A DNA stretch of 64,000 nucleotides from Myxococcota bacterium (GTDB lineage: Bacteria > Myxococcota_A > Polyangia > Nannocystales > Nannocystaceae). Shown here piece after piece: positions 9,687 through 19,063 of the stretch. The DNA lies in contig JBCCHT010000001.1 of NCBI GenBank assembly GCA_039028615.1, forward strand, positions 640,001 to 704,000, in the 5' to 3' direction. The stretch's first letter is position 1. Each line of letters begins with the position of its first letter. The position numbers were made by a program, and so were the translations under genes. The notes under the pieces were generated by a model. That model was not told where the DNA came from, ran no database searches, and saw nothing but the letters and a program-made list of their open reading frames with translations.

Positions 9687-10274
9687 GTGACTGACTCCCG
9701 CCCCAGCCCTCACCAGGACGATCTGGCCCTGGCGGCGGCCGCAGGAAGCGGTGACTCGGCTGCGGCCGAACGCTTCGTACGGCGGGCGATTCCCATCGTG
9801 CGACGAGTCTCACGTGCAATCATTGCCGACCGCACCGAGTCCGAGGATGCCCTACAGCTCGCGCTCATCGAGGTGCTCAGCGCCGCGCGAACGTACCGAG
9901 GCACCGGAGCCTTCGACCACTGGGTTCGCAAGGTCGCGAGTCGGGCCGTGATTCGACACGCTCGCAAGACTCGAAGCTCTCGCATTCACAGTATCGAGGA
10001 ACAAGCGGACACCCGGCACACCTCCATGTCGACCACGATGTTGGAGTCCCTGCCGCGCTCGCTCGAGCACTACCTCGATGAACTTCCCGAAAACCAGCGC
10101 GTGGCCATGCTGCTTCGCCACGCGTTGGGACACACCATCGCAGAGATCGCCGAGCTTACCGACGCACCGGTCCCCACCGTCTTGTCTCGGATCAAGAAGG
10201 CACGACAAGAACTGCGCCGATTGATCCAGCGAGACGTCAACCTGGGCGTCAAACCAGTGGCGAGGACGTCATGA
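9687..10274 (+). CDS. ECF RNA polymerase sigma factor
   Basis: Region 2 EDALQLALIEV..YRGTGAFDHWVRKVA; region 4 LDELPENQRVAMLLRHALGHTIAEIAELTDAPVPTVLSRIKKAR. Confidence 0.92.
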   Translation: MTDSRPSPHQDDLALAAAAGSGDSAAAERFVRRAIPIVRRVSRAIIADRTESEDALQLALIEVLSAARTYRGTGAFDHWVRKVASRAVIRHARKTRSSRIHSIEEQADTRHTSMSTTMLESLPRSLEHYLDELPENQRVAMLLRHALGHTIAEIAELTDAPVPTVLSRIKKARQELRRLIQRDVNLGVKPVARTS

Positions 10275-11608
10275 ACAACAATGCCGCAGACTTCGACGAA
10301 GCACGCTGGCGCCGCCTCAGTGACGCCGAAGCGTCTGAGGAACAACTGTCGGATACCGACCGCGACTTCCTTTACAACTTCAGCCCGCGCTCCGACGCGG
10401 CCAAGGCCGAAGCACAATTCTTCGCCGCCCTCGCGTCGCTCGGCGACAGCCAACCGGGGGAGGCTCAACCGGGGGATGAAGAACCAGCCAACTCCCCTCT
10501 CGTTCACGCGACCGTTCAGCACGTGCTCGCGGCGCAGCGGAACGAGGTCGTAGCGGACATCAGCCCGCCTCCCGCCAAGACTCGGCGGAGGTGGGCCGTC
10601 CCCGGCCTAGCCGCAGCCGCAGCTGCGGTCGCGTTGTGGCTCGGCGTGAGCACCGACCAAGCCACGACCAGTGACGGCCAGGCTCCGGCCATGGCCGTCA
10701 ACGACGTAGAACCGGCGGCTCCATCGACGGCGGACCAAGCACCCGCTCCCGCCCCGACCACGACCGCCGCGGCGGTCGACGTCGCGCCGCCCCAACCGGC
10801 TGCGCCCACGCACTTCTCCGTGGAATCGGGCAGCCTGCTCGACGCCAGCGGAGCGACGCTACAAGCCAACGCCATCGTCTCCGGCTCGGTGCAGGTCGGT
10901 GAGCAGCTCGGCTGCGTCGGCTTCGGTGACTCCACCGCATGCTTCGAATCCGGCGCTCGCTTCGAGCTGAGCGACGACAGCCCGCAGACCCTCGTCGTCG
11001 TCGAGGGACGAGGCGTCATCGAGTCTCCCGAGATCACCGTCGGCGTCATGCAGGTCGAGATCGCCGGAGACCACTACACGATGTCGAGCCCGGTGAAGAT
11101 GCACGCCACGGTGCACAGCCGAAAGGCAGCCAAGGTCGAGATCGTGTCGGGGCAGGTCGAAGTCCGCGATGCGGACGGCCAGACCCGGACGCTGAAGGCC
11201 GGTGAGATCCGCGGCCGCGACAAGGTTCAAAGACCGGTCGTCGTGCCCGATGCCAAGACCCTCCTGGGTCGTGCGCAAGCCAGCAGCTCGGCTGGAGACC
11301 GCCGCGCCGCCATTTCGCACTATGAGAAGCTTCTGCGGCACTACCCCGACCTGCCGATGAGCAAGGCCGCTTTGGTACCGCTCGCCGAGAAGTACCTCGA
11401 AATTGGCAAGCCGGGACCAGCCCTGCGCCACTTCGAACGCTATATTCGCTTGGGTGGGGTTGCCGCCCAAGAGGCGCACAACGGCCGGATCAGGGCTCTG
11501 GACGCGCTGGGTCGCAAGGCCAAAAAGCAGGAAGCCATCGAGGCCTTCCTCGAGCGCTACCCGTCCAGCCCCTACGCCGCCAAGTACCGCGCTTCGCTGT
11601 CGAAGTGA
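10271..11608 (+). CDS. FecR-like anti-sigma factor with TM helix and C-terminal TPR domain
   Basis: ATGA overlap with the sigma gene; TM AVPGLAAAAAAVALWL; FecR-like VEIVSGQVEV...LKAGE; TPR-like YEKLLRHYP / AFLERYPSSPYA. Confidence 0.8.
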   Translation: MNNNAADFDEARWRRLSDAEASEEQLSDTDRDFLYNFSPRSDAAKAEAQFFAALASLGDSQPGEAQPGDEEPANSPLVHATVQHVLAAQRNEVVADISPPPAKTRRRWAVPGLAAAAAAVALWLGVSTDQATTSDGQAPAMAVNDVEPAAPSTADQAPAPAPTTTAAAVDVAPPQPAAPTHFSVESGSLLDASGATLQANAIVSGSVQVGEQLGCVGFGDSTACFESGARFELSDDSPQTLVVVEGRGVIESPEITVGVMQVEIAGDHYTMSSPVKMHATVHSRKAAKVEIVSGQVEVRDADGQTRTLKAGEIRGRDKVQRPVVVPDAKTLLGRAQASSSAGDRRAAISHYEKLLRHYPDLPMSKAALVPLAEKYLEIGKPGPALRHFERYIRLGGVAAQEAHNGRIRALDALGRKAKKQEAIEAFLERYPSSPYAAKYRASLSK

Positions 11609-11645
11609 GCCTTCGGCTCGCGTAGCGAGATGGACCGCCGGGCTG

Positions 11646-12848
11646 ATGCTCGGCGGTCTCGTTGCGAGTGGGTGTCGAGCGGAGTTCGTCATCGGCATCA
11701 TCGAAGGTGATGGCTCGGCCGGCGCGAGCACGACCACCCGTGCCAGCACCGGGCCCGACAGCAACGAAACCACGACCACCGGGTCGGAGCTCACCGGGGC
11801 CTCGACCCTGGGTACCAGCAGCAGCACGACGGACGAGGGCTCGTCGAGCATGGGCGTCGCGCCCGACATCCCCATGGTGAAGTGCGAAGCACCCACCGGG
11901 CACTCGGTCTGTGACTCCGACCTCAATCCCTTCCACGCGCTCGGCCTCGACTGCGGAGCCTCGCCCACCGACAGCATCGCGATCGAGGGCGAAGTCTTCG
12001 CCCCCGCCGATGCGAGCTCGTGGCGAGTCGTCCGCGACTACGGCGGCCCCGGCTTCACGCGCACTGAAGGCAACAACCTGCTCGCGCTGAGCACCGGGCA
12101 GCTGCCGATGCCGGTGATGAATGTCCTCACCGTGCCCCCCGAGGACACGGACATGCCCGGGACCAACAACGGCAACCCGGACAATACGCCGCTCCCTGTC
12201 CCCATCGACCCCAGCTCGGGCACCGCCGACGGCACGCCCTTCGTGGGCTGCGACGACATCGGCGATTGCTCCGAGAGCCTGCCCGAACCGTGGGATGCGG
12301 GGGGCCCCGCCAACGACCTCGTCTACATGGCCTTCGACGTCGACGTCCCCGCGGGCGTATACGCGTACCAGGTCGACCTGGCTTGGTTTTCCACCGAGTT
12401 CCCGCTGCGCTCCACCGTCACGGGCACCGACCTGGCCGTGTGGTGGCAATCGAGCGAAGCCTTCACCGGCAACATGGCGACGCTCGATGGCCAGGCGCTG
12501 TCGGCCGACGGCCTCGCGTCCTTCCTCGTCGATGAGGGCTTGCTCGGGGGTCGCGACGACGCCGAGCTGATGGGCACGGGCTACGAGGGCTCGAGCGGCC
12601 TGCCCTGCAACTCGGGCGCGGGCACCCTCGACGATTGCCCCCACGGCGGCGGCACCGGCTGGCTCACCATGACCGGTCCCGTCGTCGGCGGCGAGACGGC
12701 GACCATGGTGCTGGCCGTGTTCGATCTGTTCGACAACGCCCGCGACACGACCGTGCTCGCCGACAGCTTCCGCTGGCGCTGCGAAGGCTGTCAGCCCGGC
12801 AGCACCTGCGGCGTCGGCCCCTTCGAAGAGACCGTCTTCGGGCGCTGA
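11646..12848 (+). CDS. Choice-of-anchor L-like Cys-rich lipoprotein
   Basis: Lipobox VASGC, Ser/Thr linker, LALSTG, WFSTEFP, GGTGWL, VFDLFD..RDTTVLADSFRW; paralogous to 42780-43973; start approximate. Confidence 0.65.
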   Translation: MLGGLVASGCRAEFVIGIIEGDGSAGASTTTRASTGPDSNETTTTGSELTGASTLGTSSSTTDEGSSSMGVAPDIPMVKCEAPTGHSVCDSDLNPFHALGLDCGASPTDSIAIEGEVFAPADASSWRVVRDYGGPGFTRTEGNNLLALSTGQLPMPVMNVLTVPPEDTDMPGTNNGNPDNTPLPVPIDPSSGTADGTPFVGCDDIGDCSESLPEPWDAGGPANDLVYMAFDVDVPAGVYAYQVDLAWFSTEFPLRSTVTGTDLAVWWQSSEAFTGNMATLDGQALSADGLASFLVDEGLLGGRDDAELMGTGYEGSSGLPCNSGAGTLDDCPHGGGTGWLTMTGPVVGGETATMVLAVFDLFDNARDTTVLADSFRWRCEGCQPGSTCGVGPFEETVFGR

Positions 12849-12855
12849 GCCCCGC

Positions 12856-13803
12856 CTATTGGCACGTGGGCAGCTGCGACGCCCCCGGGATCGGCGACTT
12901 GATCTGCAAGGGGATGCCCTCGTCGATCACCACGCCGCCGTGGATGTCGGTCACCCGGAACGCGAAGGGCGGAGGGCCCATGCCCGCCTCTTCGATGAAG
13001 TAGTTGAAATCGGTGCGCGGGGCGTCGACCCACGAACCGTCCGCCGCCCGGTACTCCACCGACTCGATGGGGTAGCGATGGTTGCGAATCTGCACCGCGG
13101 TCCAGAACTCGCTACTGCCCTCCTTGAAGTAGTACTCGATCGGCCCCGTGCTGCCGCAATCGACGATCTCCCAGGTGATGGGAATGATGCCCTCGATGGG
13201 GTCACCGATCGCGTCGAAGGCCGGCGGGTTGAGATCGATGTGCCCGCCGTAGCAGATGGGGTTGGTGTCGAAGGGACACTGGTCGACGATCTGAATCTCG
13301 ATGGTGGCATCGGGCCCCGTCACTCGTGCGCACGCACCACAGACGTCGGCCACCCCGTATTGCTCGGTGTTGAGCGCACCGTAGTACTGCGGCAGGCCCG
13401 GGGTCTCGTAGCTGCAGTTCACCAGCGGCGTGGCCAGCTCGTACCAGGTGGCCTGCCCCTCGTGAATCTCGGGCGTGCCGCACTGTCCCGGCTCGCCCGT
13501 GGTGTCGTCGCCATCGTCGTTGCCCGGGCCGTCGTCGTTGCCCGGCCCATCGTCATTGCCCGGCCCATCGTCGTTGCCCGGCCCGTCGTCGTTGCCCGGA
13601 TTCGAGGTCTCGTCTCCGGCCGAAGGATCGGTCGAGTCACCAGTGTCGTCCTCGTTCCCGACCGATCCTCCCAAGGGGCCCACACCGTCGGCCCCCACGT
13701 CGTCTCCACGATCGACTTCACCGCCGCAACCGGCCCCCAGCAGCCCCCCCAACAGGATGATCGTGGCTGCGGCCGAGAGTGTGGTTGTGTGACTGCTCTT
13801 CAT
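12856..13803 (-). CDS. Bacterial expansin (EXLX1/YoaJ-like) lipoprotein
   Basis: GQATWY, ALNTEQY..CGACARVTG, IVDQCP, HIDL (DPBB domain), KEGSSEFWTAVQIRNHRYPI (CBM63); lipobox LGAGC. Confidence 0.9.
   Translation of the reverse strand: MKSSHTTTLSAAATIILLGGLLGAGCGGEVDRGDDVGADGVGPLGGSVGNEDDTGDSTDPSAGDETSNPGNDDGPGNDDGPGNDDGPGNDDGPGNDDGDDTTGEPGQCGTPEIHEGQATWYELATPLVNCSYETPGLPQYYGALNTEQYGVADVCGACARVTGPDATIEIQIVDQCPFDTNPICYGGHIDLNPPAFDAIGDPIEGIIPITWEIVDCGSTGPIEYYFKEGSSEFWTAVQIRNHRYPIESVEYRAADGSWVDAPRTDFNYFIEEAGMGPPPFAFRVTDIHGGVVIDEGIPLQIKSPIPGASQLPTCQ
13511..13600 (-). repeat. 5 x 18-bp tandem repeat encoding (PGNDDG)5 in the expansin linker
   Basis: Plus-strand units ccRtcgtcRttgcccggN at 13511, 13529, 13547, 13565 and 13583. 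Confidence 0.9.
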
Positions 13804-13836
13804 CGATCGTGTTCTCCTCGTCGTAGTGCGAAGGTC

Positions 13837-14781
13837 TCAGGGGCAGCCGAGTGGCTGGCTGCCCATCGCGACGTCGTCGAACCAGATCTGGCCCAACGAA
13901 CCGCTGTAGTTCTGGCCGCCGATCTTCATCACCGAGTAGGTGGGAGACCAGCCGGCCACGCCCTGCTGCCAGTCGGTCACGTGCATGGTCATGAGTTCTT
14001 CGCCGTCGACCCACAAGCGGAACTCGTCGGGGCCGTAGAAGGCTTCCATGCAGTACCAGGTGTCGGAACCCAGGCCGAGTCCATCCGCGCCCGAGGGCGC
14101 ACCACCGGTCACGTCTCCGTTCGCGAACTGGGTGTACTCGGGCCCCGCTCCCAGAAGGTTGACGTCGATCATCATCTGACCGTTGCCGAAGTTCTGGCTC
14201 GCACCCAGGCGCATCTCGACGCCGTTGGCCGGCTGATCCGCTCCCACGATGTACGAGACGTGACCGCCCATCTCCGACATCGCGCGCTCGAAGTTGATGT
14301 ACGCGCGCACGTAGATCTGATTGTCCGCCGTGGGCAGACCCGCCACCGGGTAGACCCAGGCTCCCTGGGTATCCGTGCTCGGGAAGGTCAGCGAGTTGGC
14401 GCCCGTGTGGGCACGGCTACCGTCCACGACGGGCATGTTGTTGGGGTTGCCGGTGTAGGCCCACTGCTCGGTGAGCCCCTCCTCGAAGCCATCACAGATG
14501 ATGTCCGCCCCGTCGCACGGGTCGTCGGAGGGAGGCCCCCCCGAGCTCGAATCATCTTCTTGGGTATCGTTCGAGTCGTCGGTTGCGGGGTCGTCCCCCG
14601 TCGTCGTCTCTGCGTCGCCTTGGGTCGATGCGTCCGTTTCCGTTGCATCCCCCGAGTCGACGCCTCCATCGAGAGTCGAGAGCCCGGTGGGCGAGTTCGA
14701 AGTCTCGCTCTCACTGCGGGTCTCGCCGCCACAATGGACGAGACCCAACACCAATGTGGGTAATGTCCAGCGCCGATTCAT
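13837..14781 (-). CDS. Cip1-like (polysaccharide-lyase-like fold) lipoprotein
   Basis: ICDGFEE, VVDGSRAHTGANSL, IYVRAYI, GHVSY, EMRLG, WYCME, IWFDDVAMG..PLGC resemble the cellulose-induced protein 1 core; lipobox LVHC plus acidic linker. Confidence 0.65.
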   Translation of the reverse strand: MNRRWTLPTLVLGLVHCGGETRSESETSNSPTGLSTLDGGVDSGDATETDASTQGDAETTTGDDPATDDSNDTQEDDSSSGGPPSDDPCDGADIICDGFEEGLTEQWAYTGNPNNMPVVDGSRAHTGANSLTFPSTDTQGAWVYPVAGLPTADNQIYVRAYINFERAMSEMGGHVSYIVGADQPANGVEMRLGASQNFGNGQMMIDVNLLGAGPEYTQFANGDVTGGAPSGADGLGLGSDTWYCMEAFYGPDEFRLWVDGEELMTMHVTDWQQGVAGWSPTYSVMKIGGQNYSGSLGQIWFDDVAMGSQPLGCP

Positions 14782-15094
14782 GATGCGTCATCGACCTTAG
14801 GGGAGCCCAACGCGCGGGGCTGATGAGTATTTCTCGTAGCGATGGCGCTTTGCGGCCGCCGAGGGTCCACCCGCCGGGCCTGTTGATTCCGCACGATCTC
14901 CAAACGCAGCGCCGAGTACACCGAGGGAACTGTCAGACAAACACTCGCCGAGGATGAAAAAGCGTTGCCGGCCTAACCGAAGGTACTCATCGACCCCCGA
15001 ATTTCCCGGGAGCACGAGTTTTGAGACCCGAAATCACCAAAAAGGATCATCGATCTGTTGGTTTTTGTGCCTCCATTGCAGGTGGGGGAGCTAC

Positions 15095-16456
15095 ATGCGT
15101 GCGGAGATAGCCCTTAGACGACGAACATTCCTCAAGGCCCTCGGAATCGGTATTGCCGCCCCGCTGGCCTACAAGATGGCCAGCATCGCCGACGCGGCGC
15201 CCGGCGATGGACTGACCCGGCTGTTCATCTTCTATATCCCGCACGGCTGGCCCATCGAGCACGTCGAGCCGGTGACGAACGGCGACCTCTCCGCCTCGAA
15301 CGTCCTCAGCCCGCTGCAGCCCTTCGCCGACCGAGTCACGGTGTGTCGCGGCCTGTCGATGCACGACGGCGCCACCAACCATGCCGCCCTGCAGGCAGTG
15401 GTGACCGGCTTTGCTGGCGGCGGGAGCGTCGACTCCATCGATGCCTCCATCGCCCAGGCGCTCGGCGTCACGCCGCACGCCATCGGGGCGATGCCCTATG
15501 ACCCCATCGCCGGCTTCACCCACGACGCACAGATGATCAAGCACGGCACGTGGGTGCGGCCGACCGAAGATCCCTTCGCCGCGGCGGAGGATCTCTTTGC
15601 CGGTCTGAAGGATGCGCCGCCGCCCCCGGACGCGCCGCCCCCCGTCGACGACGCCACCTTCCGTACCGAGGCGCTCGCCCTGACCGAGAGCGAGCTCGAG
15701 CAGATGCACGCCGCCGTCTCCGAGCTCAGCACCGAGCAGAGCAAGCTCATGCTGCACCTCGACGCGGTACGCCAGCTCAAGACCCAGGACGACGGCGAAC
15801 CCCCGGCCATCTTGTCGTGCGAGCAGCGGCCCACGATGCCCGCGCTCGAGGCCATGGCCGGCCTCAGCCCCACCGACCAGGCCAACTACGCCCGCATCAT
15901 GGATGCCCAGCTCCAGGTCGCGGCCTACTCCATGGTCTGCGGCTCGGCCCAGGTCATCACCATGCAGAACATGTGGGTGAACTCGAACCTCAACTTCGGG
16001 TTCGCGGGCGGCCCCGGCATCGCCAAGGGGCACCACGAGCCCATCTCGCACTCCAGCGACCAAGCGGGACGAGCCGAGTTCGCGCAGTGCCAGCGATGGT
16101 TCATCGAGCGCCTGTCCGAGGTCATGCTGACCGTGCTCGATCAACCCGACCCCGCCGACACCGACCCCGAGCGCACCGTGCTCGACAACTCGCTCATCTA
16201 CGTCTGCAGCGAGGTCTCCGACGGCTGGAACCACAACTCCGACGCCTCGCCCATCTGGCTCGACGGCATGGAGGTCCCGACCTACCTGCCCGCAGTCATC
16301 ATCGGAGGCGGCGGCGGATACCTCTCGCCGGGCCGCGTGGTCGATGTCTCGCGCCACAACCTCGACATGCTCGCGACCCTCAGCGACGCGATGGGGGTGC
16401 CGGTGACCGCCATCGGAGGCCAAGGCGTCAACGTCATCGAGGAGCTGCAAGGATGA
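15095..16456 (+). CDS. DUF1552 domain protein (Tat substrate)
   Basis: RRRTFLKALG twin-arginine motif, RLFIFYIPHG, HHEPISH, TVLDNSLIYVCSEVSDGWNH; coupled to the DUF1592 gene. Confidence 0.88.
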   Translation: MRAEIALRRRTFLKALGIGIAAPLAYKMASIADAAPGDGLTRLFIFYIPHGWPIEHVEPVTNGDLSASNVLSPLQPFADRVTVCRGLSMHDGATNHAALQAVVTGFAGGGSVDSIDASIAQALGVTPHAIGAMPYDPIAGFTHDAQMIKHGTWVRPTEDPFAAAEDLFAGLKDAPPPPDAPPPVDDATFRTEALALTESELEQMHAAVSELSTEQSKLMLHLDAVRQLKTQDDGEPPAILSCEQRPTMPALEAMAGLSPTDQANYARIMDAQLQVAAYSMVCGSAQVITMQNMWVNSNLNFGFAGGPGIAKGHHEPISHSSDQAGRAEFAQCQRWFIERLSEVMLTVLDQPDPADTDPERTVLDNSLIYVCSEVSDGWNHNSDASPIWLDGMEVPTYLPAVIIGGGGGYLSPGRVVDVSRHNLDMLATLSDAMGVPVTAIGGQGVNVIEELQG

Positions 16457-18123
16457 AGCGGCGTACCCTCGGCCTGTACTCCACGACGGCGCTGACCCTC
16501 GCCCTCACGCTGCCCGCCTGTCGCGACGACGAAGGGGAGCAGATGGACGACGGCAGCGGTGGCATCGACACCCTGGGCGGAGGCGAAGACGGCGGAGGAG
16601 GTGCCGCCGCGCGTTGTGCCACCGATCGCATGGGTCCCCCCATGGTCCGTCGCCTCACCCGCGGAGAGCTCGAGGCCACGCTCCGCGACGTCTTCCCGGA
16701 GATCGATGGCAGCTGGTCCGGGGTCTCGCTCGGGCCCGATCCCGTCACCCACCAGGGCTTCAGCAACGACGCCGAAGCGCTCGCGGTGGGGCTGCAGACC
16801 GCGGGCGACATCCTCGACACCGCGCAGGACGTCGCCACCCTGGTCACCGCCGCCGACACCTTGGCGACCGTCTTGCCCTGCGCGGCGACGGCCCCCGACC
16901 GCGGCTGCGCTACCGAGTTCGTCGAGCAACGCGGGGCCGCGCTGTTCCGTCGACCGCTCGACGAAGAAGAGATCGCCCGCTACGTCGAGTACTACGACTC
17001 GGTCGCCGAGCGCTCCGACTTCGCCACTGGCTTGCGCTGGACCACCGTCGCGCTGATCCAGTCTCCGCTCACCGTCTACCGCTCGGAGCTCGGCTCGAAC
17101 GAGGGCGGCGTCTACCGCCTCGATCCCTACGAGATCGCCAGCGCCCTGGCCTACGACTTCTCCGGGCTCCCCCCCACCGACGACCTCATCGCACGAGCCG
17201 TCGCCGGCGAGTTCGACGACCCCGAGGCGCGCATCGAGGTCGCCCGGGAGCTGCTCGCCACCGAGGCCGGCCACGCCGTGCTCGAGCGATTCTTCCGCGA
17301 GTGGTCGGGCTACGGGCAAGTCGCCGGGGCCGTCCGCGACGATCCGGACTTCGAGGGCGTTCGCGACGCGATGGACGAGGAAACGCGGCGCTTCATCGAG
17401 GCGGTCGTCTATGAAGACGAAGCCGACGTCTACGGCCTGCTCACCGCCAACTACTCCGTCGTCAACGCCGACCTGGCCAGCTACTACGGCTACGGGGCAC
17501 CAGGCGGAGACTTCGCCCGCGTGGAGCGGCCCGCGCAGTGGGGCATCGGCTTGCTCGCTCAGGGCTCGGTGCTCGCCGCCAACGCCAACAGCGGGGCCTC
17601 CTCGCCGACCCAACGCGGCCTGCTCGTCTACGAGAAGCTGCTGTGCGAGTCGCCGCCGCCTCCCCCCGCCGACGTGCCCGCGCTGCCGGCCGATGTCGAT
17701 GGCGCCCAGACCACCCGTCAGCGCTACGAAGAAGTGCACATGGCCGACCCCGCCTGCCAGGGCTGCCACCAGTTCTTCGATCCCATCGGGTTCTCCTTCG
17801 AACACTTCGACCAAGCCGGCCGCTACCGCACGCAAGAGAACGGCTTGGAGATCGACGCCAGCGGCCTGCTCGTCGTCGATCCGGCGGCGGACCCCGTCGC
17901 CTTCGACGGTCTCTCCGAGCTGGCCACGCTCGCCGCCGAGACCCCCGCGGTCACCGACTGCGTCAGCGGCCTGATGATCGGCTACGTGTTCGGCGGGGCG
18001 GGTGGTGAGGTCTGCGTCGCCGAGTCGGCCCGCGACGCTCTCCAAGCGGGCGAGATCGGAATGCTCGAGTACGTCGCCCAGCTCGCCGGAGCACCGCACT
18101 TCACCGAGCGCGAAGCACCCTAG
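16453..18123 (+). CDS. DUF1587/1595/1592/1588 domain lipoprotein with c-type heme motif
   Basis: RRLTRGE..TLRD, LFRRPL, LDPYEIASALAY, SSPTQRG, CQGCHQFFDPIGFSFEHFD..GRYR; ATGA overlap with the DUF1552 gene; lipobox LPAC. Confidence 0.9.
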   Translation: MKRRTLGLYSTTALTLALTLPACRDDEGEQMDDGSGGIDTLGGGEDGGGGAAARCATDRMGPPMVRRLTRGELEATLRDVFPEIDGSWSGVSLGPDPVTHQGFSNDAEALAVGLQTAGDILDTAQDVATLVTAADTLATVLPCAATAPDRGCATEFVEQRGAALFRRPLDEEEIARYVEYYDSVAERSDFATGLRWTTVALIQSPLTVYRSELGSNEGGVYRLDPYEIASALAYDFSGLPPTDDLIARAVAGEFDDPEARIEVARELLATEAGHAVLERFFREWSGYGQVAGAVRDDPDFEGVRDAMDEETRRFIEAVVYEDEADVYGLLTANYSVVNADLASYYGYGAPGGDFARVERPAQWGIGLLAQGSVLAANANSGASSPTQRGLLVYEKLLCESPPPPPADVPALPADVDGAQTTRQRYEEVHMADPACQGCHQFFDPIGFSFEHFDQAGRYRTQENGLEIDASGLLVVDPAADPVAFDGLSELATLAAETPAVTDCVSGLMIGYVFGGAGGEVCVAESARDALQAGEIGMLEYVAQLAGAPHFTEREAP

Positions 18124-18146
18124 GACACAGACGCTCGACGCACAGG

Positions 18147-18176
18147 AGCCAGCGTTCCCCGACGGGAACGCTGGCT
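18147..18176. terminator. Perfect 13-bp hairpin between convergent genes (probable bidirectional terminator)
   Basis: AGCCAGCGTTCCC-cgac-GGGAACGCTGGCT. Confidence 0.7.
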
Positions 18177-18202
18177 TCGTTGTGACTGCGTGGGCGCGGC
18201 GC

Positions 18203-18883
18203 TCAGCAGCCGTTCATGCACGAGCACGCCATGCAGTCGAACGACGAAGGACTCCCCGCCGGACCCGAGCACATCAGGCTGCACGCTTGGGGACCGCAGG
18301 TGATCGAGGTCGCCAGGCAGGCATTGATCCCCGAGCACGTGATCTCGCAGCCGCTGTCGCCGCAGGTGATCGACGAGTTGTTGCAGCTGTTGTCGCCCGT
18401 GCACGAGACCACGCAGGGCCAGCCGTCGGGGCACACCACGCCGCCGTTACACTCGTTCGAGCCGCACGCGATGGTGCAGGTGCCTCCGTCGCATCCCCCC
18501 GTGCACTCGGCCGGGCACTCGCCCATCCCCGGCGGCACGGGGTCGCACGTGGGCGGCGGCGGGCCGTCGTCCGTGCCCGGCTCACCGGTGCTGCCATCGT
18601 CTGTGCCCGGCGGCGGGCCGTCGTCCGTGCCCATGCCGCCGTCGCTCGAGTCCCCGGTGGCGCTCGATCCGGGCGTTGTGGAGTTGGTGGTGGCCGGCGG
18701 CTCGGACGTATCGAGGTCGTCGGCACCATCGCCGGTCGAAGTGCTGGACTCGCTCGGCGAGGCGACCCCCGTCGTTTCGGTGTCGGGGTCTCCAAAGAAA
18801 CCCGCATCGGTGGTGCTTCCCCCGCCCCCACCGCAACCGAGCAACACGCTCCCCACTACGCCAAGCCAAATCAACCGTTGCAC
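18203..18883 (-). CDS. Cys-rich lipoprotein of unknown function
   Basis: GTG start with GGAAGGA SD, lipobox LLGC, acidic linker, C-terminal repeated CxIxCxGxxxC units. Confidence 0.7.
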   Translation of the reverse strand: MQRLIWLGVVGSVLLGCGGGGGSTTDAGFFGDPDTETTGVASPSESSTSTGDGADDLDTSEPPATTNSTTPGSSATGDSSDGGMGTDDGPPPGTDDGSTGEPGTDDGPPPPTCDPVPPGMGECPAECTGGCDGGTCTIACGSNECNGGVVCPDGWPCVVSCTGDNSCNNSSITCGDSGCEITCSGINACLATSITCGPQACSLMCSGPAGSPSSFDCMACSCMNGC

Positions 18884-19063
18884 GCTCCGTTCCTTCCCGG
18901 CGCCGACACTCCACTGCGGCTCCGAAACGGTCTTTCTGCAAGGAATAGACCACGCGCCGAGGTCACGAGAAGGCAACAAAAAGCGGCGAGCGGAGCCATC
19001 GATTCCGGCAGGGCGGAACCCGGCGTTCCCTCGGGGTCGTGAATCGATCAGGCTCGCTTCGGC

